A DNA stretch of 63,738 bases, filler included, from Octopus bimaculoides (GCF_001194135.2; 6 parts of 6 records of this genome joined end to end with filler, not necessarily neighbours in it), one strand, 5' to 3'. Shown: positions 13,173 through 25,745, counted from the whole stretch's first letter. The notes: a model not told the origin generated them from the sequence alone. A program made the numbers and translations.

Positions 13173-14871
13173 GTATATGTGTGTGTGTGATTACAAAACT
13201 ACAAATTATACAAAAATACACACAATGATACATGTGCTTACATTTGCGCAAACTCACGTATAAGTACACGTTTGTCCATGTGCACGTACTTACGCAGACA
13301 CATATACACACGTTTATATGTTTATTCTACAGTGAATAAAAATAACGCATAATACACATAAAAAAGTACATGTATCCTCTCTAATGTAATACACTCTCTT
13401 TGAACTTCATTTTGGTTCATAATTTATTCTGTCAGCATGCAAAATTACTTTGGAGAATGTGTTTCGCAAACGTACAGAGGCAAAGTGATTAAGGTTCAGT
13501 TATATTCATGCGAATAATGTTCCTCCTTAACCGCTTTTACAATGTATTCTCTCTCATAATGTTCACCATTATTGATACAGATAATTGTCCCCTTTATAAT
13601 CTAAGGATAATATTTATTATTATTCATAATGGCAAAATACATCATGCTTCATATCTACAATGATAATATTCATATTAATTCAGACCGACACACTGTTTCT
13701 TAATCAATATTAACGTGGTGTTCATCATATTAATACTACCTAGAAATATCGCCTTTCCTCATATCTACACTGTAAAATTAAATCCATACATATATTGTTT
13801 AATTTTCATCGATATTAGTTTCAGAAGATCGCTAAGCATATTTACATAATTCAGTGTTTTCCTTAAGAGGTAATTTGTGTTTGTTTTATAGTGTATATAT
13901 ATTATGAATTAGCTGTATCAAGCCTTCTATATAATATATTCTGTGAAAATTTGTTACAGGCATTTACCTTAATATGATTAGATACTTCGTACATGATTCG
14001 GTGTTTTTTTCCCCCCACTCGTATGATATATTGCCCGATATTCACGGAAACGATTAAAATAGATACAAGTTTATTCGCCTAGGAATATATTTTGCTAAAT
14101 ACTTCAATCATATACAGAAAAGAAAATATGACCAAAAGAACACACATATATGGGTGTGTGTGTGTGTGTGTGTGTGCATCCAAACTAGAAACGAAAACTA
14201 TTCCTCCATGAGATATTAACATACGATATTAAGACATTTCAACATTTGCGGGTGTGTATACACATAAGTATATATATAAGTATATACATATCTTTTATAA
14301 GTATTTTATATGCATGTGAGTAAAGGAATAATGTGGTATATACGTATATATACCGTATTTATCTTACTTAATTTGTTGTTTTGGCTTGTTGATAGTATGT
14401 GGGACATTTCATTTGTATTGTATTACTATATTTTAGTCGTATGTATATATTTGAATGGTGTTTTAGTTGACCTATCGAATTGACGTTTTTTTTTGTTTTG
14501 TTTCTATAAACGAAAAAATAGTTATCTCTCCTGAATTGTCATAGTCAAATAAAAAATATTTAGTTTTGAATTATTAGAGCAATAAGAACATGAAGGGGAT
14601 CAATAGGTGGTACTCGTCAACTTTTAGACATTATGTTATGTCAATTTATTGACATAAAAAGACAATTATAACAATATACATACATGTATAACATATGCTT
14701 TACATATATATTATATAAAACAAAAATATCAGTAATTATTAAAATATATAGCATATAGACATAGAAATTGGGATAAATAATTTCTTAACCTAAATAGATA
14801 AATGTATGCATGAATTGTACATGTATGTAAATTATATAAAAATAGATATATGTATATATGTATGTATGTAT

Positions 14872-14916
<45 letters not shown>

Positions 14917-15220
14917 NNNNNNNNNNNNNNNNNNNNNNNNNNATATATATATATATATATATATATATAGATAAATATATAAACTTGAGTATGTGTATAT
15001 GCATCTGTGTATATGTATGTATGCATTCATAAATGGTAGGTGTATGTGTTTACAAGTGTCTATAAATATGTGTATACATAAACGTCTGTATTGTGCAAAT
15101 AAATAGGTTATAGAACGGTAGAATTATAGATTTAATATATAGCGTTTTTTTAAACATTTAGAAATTATAAATATTTTCATTTAATATTTTTCGTCAAATT
15201 TTTAAGAAGATAATGAAGAT

Positions 15221-15309
15221 ATGTCAATCTGATGAAACCTCAGTAATATTTAAACGGATTTTGAAAAACTTCGTTTTATTAATGAAGCGGAAACAGCTGT
15301 AACTTATGA
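15221..15309 (+). ncRNA. Type-I hammerhead-ribozyme-like motif with extended stem II
   Basis: CTGATGA 15229-15235; about 54-nt hairpin (TAATA/TATTA, AAACG/CGTTT); GAAA 15290-15293; palindromic stem III ACAGCTGT; GTA triplet 15299-15301. Stem I and the base of stem II are decayed. Confidence 0.45.
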
Positions 15310-15399
15310 GATGTGTCATTTGTTTGTATAAAATATTTAAATTGAATTCAATTTATGATTGTTCAATTTATTGTTTCGTTTTTCCGTTCGCTAGTGATA

Positions 15400-16520
15400 T
15401 TTACCAGCATTTAAGGGAGTGGCCATGTGAACGAGAATGGGCTCCAACTATGCGAACCTGTTCGTTCACAGGTCCCAATCCCGAAGTATACGGCCTTTAT
15501 ATTGACGATGTATCGATGCGAATCCACTCTCTTGCGAACATCTAGAGTCCTTCCTCTCTTTTGTCAAATCTTTCCATCCTGCCCTCCACTTCTCCTGCAC
15601 TATCTCTGACATCTCTGCCTCCTTTCTTGATATTTCCGTCAGAATTGATGATTCTACTCTGACCACACCCATCCACTACAAACACACAAACTCACACACA
15701 TACCTCAAGTTCCCCTCCTCCCACACTAAACAAACCAAGATTTCCATCCCCTATTCCCGATTCCTCCGTCTACGTAGGCTCTGTAGTGACGACCATGACT
15801 TTGAGACTCAGTCTCAACTCATGGTTCGCCACTTTTTCCTACGTAGCTATCCACACTGCCTTTGCAAGAACACGTTCTGTGCACTGTGCACCTGTTCTCT
15901 GCCCCCCGCATCCGGCTCGCTGTCTCCCATTTCCCCTGACCTACGACCCAAACACACTACCTCTCCAATGCACCATTCTCCGAGCCTTCCGGCGACTCCA
16001 GTCCGACTCCTTAAGTTAGCACATCTTCCCTAACTGGCCCCTCCCATCCTTTCCTTCAAACTAGCCCTCAACCAACAAGACCTCTTGGTCCACAATTTCT
16101 TCGCTAAACGAACGACCCAAACCGCCCATGCTTTCGCACTTACACTTATCTCTCATACTCCAGTCTCCTCACCGGCACCCAACAACAGCCCTATCATATC
16201 ATCGACTCCTTCACCTGCACTTCTACCAATGTCACCTATTGCATCTCCTGCTCTTTCTGTCCTTCTCTATACGTCGGGCAAACGGGACTCCACTTGGCTG
16301 ACCGGTTCGCGGAACACCACCGAGACATCCGACTCGGCAATGAAAGCCGGTCTCGTGCCATTTCCGCTCTACGGGTCACTGTTTGCAACACATGACTGTG
16401 TTCGGATTGTCCTTGCACAGGGGCTATCCAGACTCCCGTTAGCGCCGTGAACAGGGATTCATCTTCTCACTTCGCTTCTTTGTGCCAAATGGGCTCCACT
16501 CTCCTCTACTCCTCATCTAA
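15400..16520 (+). mobile_element. Penelope-like retroelement, 5'-truncated pseudogene (C-terminal RT plus GIY-YIG endonuclease)
   Basis: Manual translation: KGVAM*TRMGSNYANLF; YGLYIDDV (15498-15509); SFHPALHFSC..FLDISV..IHYKHTNSHTYL..SIPYSRFLRLRRLCSD; GIY-YIG SFTCTSTNVTYCISCSFCPSLYVGQTGLHLADRFAEH (16201-16320); REQGFIFSLRFFVPNGL near the end. Frameshifts and stops present. Confidence 0.93.
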
Positions 16521-16930
16521 CCTCTTTCACTCACACCTACTTCCTCCCACCCACCTTTCCTCTCTTGCTCCGACTCCTACTTTTCTTCACTCCTACCCAC
16601 CTTCTCCTTTCCCCCTCTCCCGTCATTGTTACCACTCCATCGTAACCCCACCCTACACCTTCCCTATCCATCACATTGCTTACACACACCCCCACATAGC
16701 CCACCTCTATCTACCCCAACCTGCCTAACCACACCTCTTCCATGCTTTTTCCACTCTCACCCCCACATCCCAACACCATCACACCACACCACACAATATT
16801 ACACCATACACCACTATACCACACAACATCACATCACGTCACACCACAACGCACACAATAGCACTGACCACTCCCCAGCCCCACGACCATACACACATAC
16901 ACACACGCACACGTCAAGGTCACCACCCCT
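16521..16930 (+). repeat. C/T- and C/A-rich 3' tail following the PLE ORF
   Basis: Strong strand-biased low complexity immediately after the stop at 16518-16520. Confidence 0.5.
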
Positions 16931-16978
16931 CTGTCACACGCACATGCATGCTCTTATACATATGCACGCGCATATACA

Positions 16979-17009
<31 letters not shown>

Positions 17010-17952
17010 NNNNNNNNNNNNNNNNNNNNNNNNNNNNNNNNNNNNNNNNNNNNNNNNNNNNNNNNNNNNNNNNNNNNNNNNNNNNNNNNNNNNNNNNNNN
17101 NNNNNNNNNNNNNNNNNNNNNNNNNNNNNNNNNNNNNNNNNNNNNNNNNNNNNNNNNNNNNNNNNNNNNNNNNNNNNNNNNNNNNNNNNNNNNNNNNNNN
17201 NNNNNNNNNNNNNNNNNNNNNNNNNNNNNNNNNNNNNNNNNNNNNNNNNNNNNNNNNNNNNNNNNNNNNNNNNNNNNNNNNNNNNNNNNNNNNNNNNNNN
17301 NNNNNNNNNNNNNNNNNNNNNNNNNNNNNNNNNNNNNNNNNNNNNNNNNNNNNNNNNNNNNNNNNNNNNNNNNNNNNNNNNNNNNNNNNNNNNNNNNNNN
17401 NNNNNNNNNNNNNNNNNNNNNNNNNNNNNNNNNNNNNNNNNNNNNNNNNNNNNNNNNNNNNNNNNNNNNNNNNNNNNNNNNNNNNNNNNNNNNNNNNNNN
17501 NNNNNNNNNNNNNNNNNNNNNNNNNNNNNNNNNNNNNNNNNNNNNNNNNNNNNNNNNNNNNNNNNNNNNNNNNNNNNNNNNNNNNNNNNNNNNNNNNNNN
17601 NNNNNNNNNNNNNNNNNNNNNNNNNNNNNNNNNNNNNNNNNNNNNNNNNNNNNNNNNNNNNNNNNNNNNNNNNNNNNNNNNNNNNNNNNNNNNNNNNNNN
17701 NNNNNNNNNNNNNNNNNNNNNNNNNNNNNNNNNNNNNNNNNNNNNNNNNNNNNNNNNNNNNNNNNNNNNNNNNNNNNNNNNNNNNNNNNNNNNNNNNNNN
17801 NNNNNNNNNNNNNNNNNNNNNNNNNNNNNNNNNNNNNNNNNNNNNNNNNNNNNNNNNNNNNNNNNNNNNNNNNNNNNNNNNNNNNNNNNNNNNNNNNNNN
17901 NNNNNNNNNNNNNNNNNNNNNNNNNNNNNNNNNNNNNNNNNNNNNNNNNNNN

Positions 17953-18780
17953 TATATATAAACAATATATGAGTATATGCATATATATGTACACGTATGT
18001 ATATACGTTCATCTACATGTACATATAGATACATAACTGGGTACATGACGTGGCAAAAGAACAACGACAAAATGGTAAACAAGGTGCAATAAACAAGCAG
18101 GCCACATAGAAACATCCCCTTCATCAGCTGCCACCATTAAAACCCCGGCGTTTCGAAGAATTAAGGCAGTAGGCATCGTTAAAATGGTTTTCCCACGAAC
18201 ACAAATGAAATTGTTTTCGTGGAGAGAAGTGGTGGACATACATACATGTACATATATATGCATATACTCATATATTGTTTGTATCACGACAGAACGCACG
18301 CGTTACCTTTATACAGTAAGTTTTAACTATTTTTCTAACGTGACTCTCTCTATTTCTATCTCCCCCTCTTATTCTTCCCTCTACTGTTATTCGCCTCTAC
18401 CTGTCACTACTTCTCTCTCTCTCTCTCTATCTCTTGTTACTCGTCCTTCGCCTCTCACCGTTGCTACTACTATATATCTCTCTCTCTCTACCTCTCGTTG
18501 CTCACTTTTATTCTACTTCCTCCCCTCCTTTTCCCTCTGCTACTCTTTCTCTTCACACAGCCTTGGTCACGTGTGTCCGGCTGCTATTTCTTTTCGTTCT
18601 TGGATTCCAAGCTCGCACGTACTTCTTTGCCCCTCCTATACTTGCTTCACAGCGTTCAAGACATACACACTTCACGTCTGGCTGTACAGCCTTTTTGTTT
18701 GTTGCACCTTGTTTACCATTTTGTCCTTGTCATATATTGTTTGTATCACGACACGCACGCGTTACCTTTATACAGTATAT
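17953..18780. mobile_element. Composite pLTR-like repeat: inverted segment joined to a directly repeated unit
   Basis: 17955-18005 is the reverse complement of about 18238-18285; about 18055-18095 is the reverse complement of about 18695-18730; atattgtttgtatcacgac..acgcgttacctttatacagta occurs at about 18272 and 18733. Homologues at 44520-44620 and 60225-60395. Confidence 0.7.
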
Positions 18781-18802
18781 ATATATAGAAACAATACACA
18801 TG

Positions 18803-18851
<49 letters not shown>

Positions 18852-18864
18852 ATTCTTTTATTGT

Positions 18865-19233
18865 TTCACTTGTTTCAGTCACTTGCCTGCGGCCATGTTG
18901 AAATACCAACTTTAATCGAACAAATTCACCCCAGGGATTACTCTTTGTAAACCTTGTACTTATTCTATAGGGCTCTTTTGCCGAACTGTTAATTTAGGGT
19001 TAGGGGCCGTAAATACACCAACAGCAGGTGACAAACGATTGTGGGAGGGGACAAACAAACACATATATACGACGTGCTTCTTTCAGTTTCCCTCTAACAA
19101 AGCCACTCACAAGGCTTTGGTCGGCCCGAGGCTATAGTAGAAGGCAGTTGCCCAATTTGCCACGCAGGTGGACTGAACCCAGAACGAATATTGTTGGGGA
19201 AGAAGCTACTTAACACACATCTGCTCCTGTGCC
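18865..19233 (-). mobile_element. Full-length family-1 SINE (tRNA-derived, CORE/OR2-like)
   Basis: Minus strand reads aggcacaggagcag..gggttcagtcc (B-box-like)..tggcaaattgggcaactgccttctactatagcctcgggccgaccaaagccttgtgagtgg..; many copies in the window. Confidence 0.9.
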
Positions 19234-19389
19234 TATATATATATGCGTGTGTGTGTGTATTACATATGTAAATATATATATGTAACTTCCTCTTTCCGTT
19301 AAACTAATCTAGCTTTAGCGACATTCAATTCTGCCCCAAATTCTGACAAATACATTTATACATCACGCTGTCATCCCATTTCTTTTTGT

Positions 19390-19475
<86 letters not shown>

Positions 19476-19496
19476 GTCTGTCTGTCTGTCTGTCTG

Positions 19497-19587
<91 letters not shown>

Positions 19588-19649
19588 GTATATGTATATA
19601 TACATACATATATATCCATATCTATACTAACATACATGTCTGTATATAT

Positions 19650-19681
<32 letters not shown>

Positions 19682-20112
19682 ATGCATATATGTATATTAG
19701 TGTATCATTTAAAAGAGTCTGATTCGTATGCATTTGCGTGTGTTTGTGTGTGTATGTGTGTAAATAATTCTTCTTTTGGAAGTATAAATATGAGACTGAA
19801 GGGCAGTAAGTTTCGTGCATAGCACTTATCACAGTAATTTACTAGTCAATAGTTGAGTTCTTGTATTTTGTGAATTAATTAAAATATATAAGAGAAATTA
19901 GAACAAGAAAGAAGCTCATACATACATACATACATACATACATACATGCAAATACTCACATATACTTGAGAATGGAAATCTACGCCTCTCAAATTCCGGT
20001 AAGTGGCCTGTCACATTGAGTACATCACCCCTGACAACAAGTCTCCCCATAGGCGCACACGCACTCACGCACGCACACACAAACACATACACACTCACTC
20101 AGACACACACAT

Positions 20113-20163
<51 letters not shown>

Positions 20164-20179
20164 TATATATATATATATC

Positions 20180-21395
20180 AGATCATTAAGAATGAAATGT
20201 CCAATTTTGAGCTGAAAGTTCACTCTACTTTATCTCAACAAAATTCAGTGCAGTTAATCAAAGTGTGCACCCACCTAAATTATCAGCACAAGTTTACCAT
20301 TTTATCGGTATCTTATTTATGCCGGCACCGACGTATTCTTGAGAGCAAGAGGTGATGAAATCATGAAAGGTTGTTTTTGCATCTTCTTCAGATTTGAAGT
20401 AATGCCTGGATAACGTGATAATCATTTGGTGCAAAATCCGGTGAATATGGTGGATAGCAGTGTACTTCCATGTTCAGTTTCTGTAACTTGAGTAGCGTTC
20501 TTTGTGCAACATGTGGTCGAGCATTTTCTTCATTGACCAATCCCGGTTGTTTAATTTAAAGTTCACTCATCATTTCATGGAATTAGTTGACGTATACATC
20601 CGCTCTAAATGACTTATAAGTTCTCCTAAATTTGTGGTGGATGACACCAGCGCTGGACCATCAAACACACGCCATTAGCATCTTTTGGTGAATATTCATT
20701 TTCGGATTGTGTTTTGGCAGCTCGTCTCTATCCAACTACTGTGCAGAACGCTTCCTATTGCTGAAAAGATCCATTTTCCTCACATGTAACAATACGATGC
20801 AAAATATGGTTCGCTTTATACCATGACAGTAAAGAACACCGAATTTCAAGATGATGTATCATTTGATGCTTCTTCAGTTCGTGTGATACTTAGTTGTCCA
20901 GCTTCGTCATTGTGCCTATTTGTTTCAGATGGTGCAATACAGTTGGAATCGAAACCTTGCTGCCAACTCACGCGTAGTTTGTGATGTATCCGCTTCCGCT
21001 ATACTTTCCAGCTCATCATTAACTACCTTGGCCTCAGGTCTACCACAGGGCTGATTTTCAAGAGTTTTTTCATCAGAGAGGAATTTCGAAAACCATTGAC
21101 GTACTGTGCGCTTTTTTGCTACGTCTTTGCCAAACACGCCATTTATGTTTCCAGCTTTCTCGGATGCATTGGTTTCACGATGGAACTCATATTAATAAAC
21201 AGCACGAATTTTTTATCTATCCATAGGTTCACAAAAATAGATTTACAAGAGGAAACTGACAATATAATCAGACACTATGAATTGAAATTCGAAAAGTGAT
21301 GATGTAAATGTTCAATGTTGTAAAACAAAGAATTGTCAGGATATTAGAGTTAATGCCTATCAAACTTGGAACATAAAAACATTGGATATAATTAC
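20180..21395 (-). mobile_element. Mariner-type DNA transposon, decayed transposase (ATG about 21224 to about 20340)
   Basis: Minus translation: YEFHRETNASEKAGNINGVFG..RTVRQWFSKF..LENQPCGRP..DTSQTTRELAARF; ENARPHVAQRT; YPPYSPDFAPNDYH. TIRs only weakly recognisable. Confidence 0.9.
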
Positions 21396-21405
21396 NNNNN
21401 NNNNN

Positions 21406-21940
21406 TGCATACCTTGATTTCAGCAAGGCCTTTGTGAGGGTTGATCATATGTGTCTCTTGAAAAAAGTATCCAAAACGGGTGTCTCTAGAAAGTTACTAC
21501 AATGGCTCCTGTGTTTCTGACAGACAGAACACAATATGTTGCAGTCGAAGAAGTAAGATCAAGCCCAACCAAAGTCAGTAGTGGTGTTCCACATGACACT
21601 TTGTTGGGCCCGCGTCTTTTCATCATATACATGAATGACATTATTGACATGATCAAGCACAGTAACATAAGAACCTTTTATAGATGATTCGAAACTACTG
21701 AAGATCATCAATCAAGTGGCTAACCGGACATATTTTCAGTCAGACCTACTGGCTTTCAACCAATGGGCGGAACAGAATTATTTCACCTCGATTGGCTCTG
21801 CTCTCTTTAACATCACACCAAAACACATGAAAAGCAGAAACATATCCTATGATCCTTTCGAAAGAGTCATTCAAGCAATCCCGGATAAACCTCCTACACC
21901 CGGATATGTCTCCGTAAACAATAACTCTATACTCGAGTGA
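21406..21940 (+). mobile_element. CR1-group LINE reverse transcriptase fragment with internal deletion
   Basis: YLDFSKAF..VDH..LLKK; FLTDRTQYV..VSSGVPHDTLLGPRLFIIYMND; DDSKL; QSDL..FNQWAEQN, then directly the C-terminal FTSIGSALFNITPKH..IQAIPDKPPTPGY..NNSI. Confidence 0.9.
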
Positions 21941-22139
21941 GCTATGTTGTCCGATTCTTGATTTGAATGACTTCGCCTGGTGGTGCTATTAAGTTAGATA
22001 TGACCTGGCTAATACTAGCCGAAACCTATCAAAGTATCATATCTGATACGCATATACGTGTGCGTGTTATGTATACTAATGTACATAATTTTTGATATAT
22101 ATACACATACCCACACGCACACAGAGACATAGACAAAGG

Positions 22140-22162
22140 CAGAGAGAGAGAGAGATAATTAG

Positions 22163-22251
<89 letters not shown>

Positions 22252-22266
22252 AAGAGAGAGAGAGAG
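22140..22266. repeat. (GA)n microsatellite
   Basis: Direct repeat. Confidence 0.97.
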
Positions 22267-22779
22267 ATGCATACACACACATAGAACGTCCTGGCAGCGT
22301 AAGAAAATCCCCAGGTGTAGAGAATCTAGGTTTTACTACGGTAAAACCGTTGTATATATTTAACGAAGAGTAAATTATAATCCAAATAAGAAGATAAAGA
22401 ATACGCTAACACATCTCTAATGATCAGTTAGAATTGTTTTTCATTTTCCGACTGGTTTCAAATCCCGTTCACGCAAAAGTTCCAAGTGAAAATTTACGGA
22501 ATATTTGCATCAAAGGTGTGCTCTTAGATTTTGTGTCTCCCAGAATCTGTGCTTTGGTAATATCGACAAGAAACGAACAAGTAGATAAAGAGGAAAATGT
22601 ACATAGAATATGAAAAGATGGGCAAAGCGGGTAAGAGTCAGTGCCACAGTGTAGAAAAGTTATTCAGAATATATGGAAGTAGTTTAGCCTGCTGCCAGTC
22701 GGCACTGTCGAAAGTGTCACTGCACATCAGTTCAGTGCAGTGCCGAATGGTGTTATCGAAATAAATAAGGCAGTCTCTG

Positions 22780-23690
22780 AGAGGATAACATGATGCACTA
22801 CGTAGTGAGAAAAGGGACTAAAGCAGAGTCAAGCAATTCCTCAAGAGGGGGGGGGGTGCGTGCCAATGAAGCGGAGTGTCTGGGTCATTGTGAAGCAGTC
22901 CGCAAGCTTGGTCTCCAGGTACTATTTAATTACTTTCGGAGGACTGGGGGTCCAACAGTGCAGGCAGCGTCCCCTTATGTCAGCTGAGCCCCCGTGAAGA
23001 CGGAGCAGCTGCTAAGTACCGCGTCCTGAAATGTCACCTCATCGTGGCGCACATTTATCACCTCCGACTTGGACAGGTTGATCTCAATACCGAGAAGCCT
23101 TAGGGATGGGATAACCTGCTGATGGTCCCCAACAACAGACGCAGCCGAGCCAACAAAGATCACGTCATCCTAGTAGCGCACGTTGAATAATGAGCAGACC
23201 AATCGTACATTATCATACAGCCAACGCAAAAACGAGCGGACCAAAAACGAGAGTTGTCTGGAAGAAGCAAACCTGTTGTGAACAGCCAAGAGCAATTTAG
23301 GTGTATCGTAGGAGAGATATATAAGTGAGTGGAATGATGGTGAAGGTTTTAGACTCGTCTCCAAGATAAGGGCGTGCCTGACGCTGTTGAAAGCGTTTTA
23401 GAAATCCAGCTTCAGCAGGTGGCAAGGTAATGCGGGAAGCGTTTGATGTATGAAACGTCTGGTGGCGTGTGCAACAATCTCACAAGCACGCTTGACCCTC
23501 ACCCCAGCTTGACGGGGCCAAGTGCTTCACTCACGTCAACCCTAATTGATCTACGCACTAACCTGCTCGCAAGTCGTCGAAAGACGTTGACCACCGCTAT
23601 TAGACGAATGCTTCCAATCATCTACTTCAAGGCAACCATGCTGGCTGAGAAGAGAATATTTCGGGTATGGCGGTGGAAGTTTAGGTAAAA
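22780..23690 (-). mobile_element. CRE-clade-like non-LTR retrotransposon RT fragment (pseudogene)
   Basis: Minus translation: GSIRLIAVVNVFRRLASR; KLG..ACEIVAHATR; LLKLDF*NAFNSVR (23375-23419); LIYLSYDTPKL; GPLVFALA; FNVRY*DDVI (23158-23187); LGIEINLSKSEV. Motif order and wording match RLE-type CRE-like RTs; clade call is from memory. GC-richer than flanks. Confidence 0.75.
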
Positions 23691-23789
23691 GAGTGAATCT
23701 GTGAAAGCAATGATGTATTGGTGCAAGCGATATGTGTATATGACGGGCATGTTTCAATTTCCACTTACCAAATCAACTCAGAATGCTTT

Positions 23790-23905
23790 AGTCAGCTCAA
23801 GGCTCTAATAGAAGACACCTGCCAAAGATATCACGCAGTATGGGTGAACCCAGAAACATGTAGTTGGAAGAAAACTTCTTACCACACAGCCACACCTGCT
23901 CCTTG
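23790..23905 (-). mobile_element. Family-1 SINE 5' fragment
   Basis: atagaagacacctgccaaag..gaacccagaaacatgtagttgg..cttaccacacagccac matches other copies. Confidence 0.75.
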
Positions 23906-25249
23906 TCAGAATGCACCGTGTTGTGTGAAGGTTAGAGTATAATGAAAGTAAACTTATTCTTCATGGCATATATATTGAATTTGGGAGAAAAATCTGTCCT
24001 TCATAGCTTCATGACTTGTTAACTGCTTTTCTGAACCTGCTTATATTTTCCAGTTTCAAATTTTCTTGTTCTATATATTCTATTCCATCCATCTCTAATA
24101 TCGTTCTGGAAATCTCAGCAAACTTTATTCGCATGCACAACCAAGAACATATTCTAAGCCTTTTGATATCGGATTAATATTTCCCAGATCTTCTGATGTA
24201 CTTATATAGATCCTCACGAACATACACGGACATATGTATTCATATATATATTCATACGTATCTACATATATACATGTATTTCTGTGTATATACATATATG
24301 TATATATACTATTAAAATTCAGTGTACGATATGCACCTGTTTGCTAGAAAGGGAAGTTAAAACCCTCCCAAGTCACAATTGTCTCACTATATGTAAAGAC
24401 GTAGAACGTAGCAAATATGCTAAAAAAAATGTTTTCCCAATTTGTAGAAACTACAAAGAGAAGAGTAGATGCCCCAGTATCAACTGGGCTCACTTTCTGT
24501 AGAGAACGACACTTAATACACATCAGCTAGGCTTACTACGTAAACTATTTATAATATAAATTTACCGATCCGGACGCTTCTGTTCAGCTGAAGCTCCTGC
24601 GACTTCCAAACGAACAATAGCGAGCAAGTATAAATTCAAAGTTCAAATAAGTTATTACATTTAAAATAAATAATGATAAAGTGGCTAGGAAACATAACCA
24701 ATTTTGAATTTTGAATTTCTATGTATGTATGTATATATGTATGTATGCATGTATGTATGTATGTATGTATGTATGAATGTATGCATGTTTGTATGTATGT
24801 ATATGCATATATATATATGTATGTATGTATATATATATATATATGTATGTATATATGTATATATATGTATGTATGTATGTATGTATANNNNNNNNNNNNN
24901 NNNNNNNNNNNNNNNNNNNNNNNNNNNNNNNNNNNNNNNNNNNNNNNNNNNNNNNNNNNNNNNNNNNNNNNNNNNNNNNNNNNNNNNNNNNNNNNNNNNN
25001 NNNNNNNNNNNNNNNNNNNNNNNNNNNNNNNNNNNNNNNNNNNNNNNNNNNNNNNNNNNNNNNNNNNNNNNNNNNNNNNNNNNNNNNNNNNNNNNNNNNN
25101 NNNNNNNNNNNNNNNNNNNNNNNNNNNNNNNNNNNNATATATATATATATATATATAATGCCAAAAATATGCATATAAAATAGAAGGAAACACTTAGGTT
25201 AAGGGCAACAAAAGTAACACCACACCTCATTTCAAAGAAAATACTGTCC

Positions 25250-25745
25250 TATATCAACTCATGACCCTAGAAACAATTTCGAACCTTAGAAACACAAATT
25301 GCTGAAAAGACTTCTAAGAAAATCGAACCTTTACACAACAACCTCGAAACCAACAGTTAAAACATGTGGACGCCCAAACTGTGGAACTGTACAACATACT
25401 GAAAGACTCGCAATTTTTAAACAAACAATGATAGAGATTTACTATTAAAAATAACTCCACTTGTGCTTCCGAGAATTGAATATATGTTATAACCTTCTCG
25501 GGTTGTGGATATAACCATATAGGCCAGATAAGTATGATACTGAGACGGAGAACCACACAACATAAGAAACAGATCTGGTTGCTTTTGAGCGAACACATAG
25601 AGACATTCGCAGGTAATATCCAACCAAACTTCACAGTTTTACACATCTACCAGTACAAAGAAGCAATTTCTATAAAAGAACGTTTAAATAAAGAAAATTT
25701 GCCCATTGAAAAATATAGAACACATCTAAATGTGATCGCACAACC
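25250..25745 (+). mobile_element. Penelope-like element GIY-YIG endonuclease fragment (second, divergent family)
   Basis: KTCGRPNCG; NSTCASEN*IYVITFSGCGYNHIGQISMILRRRTTQHKKQI..SEHIE..PNFTV..KEN..IEKYRTHLN. Confidence 0.85.

Noticed and set aside
21995-22030. GGCTA-ATAC-TAGCC hairpin directly before GAAAC, resembling hammerhead stem II
   Set aside because: No CTGANGA core upstream and no valid stem III or GTC; at best a remnant.
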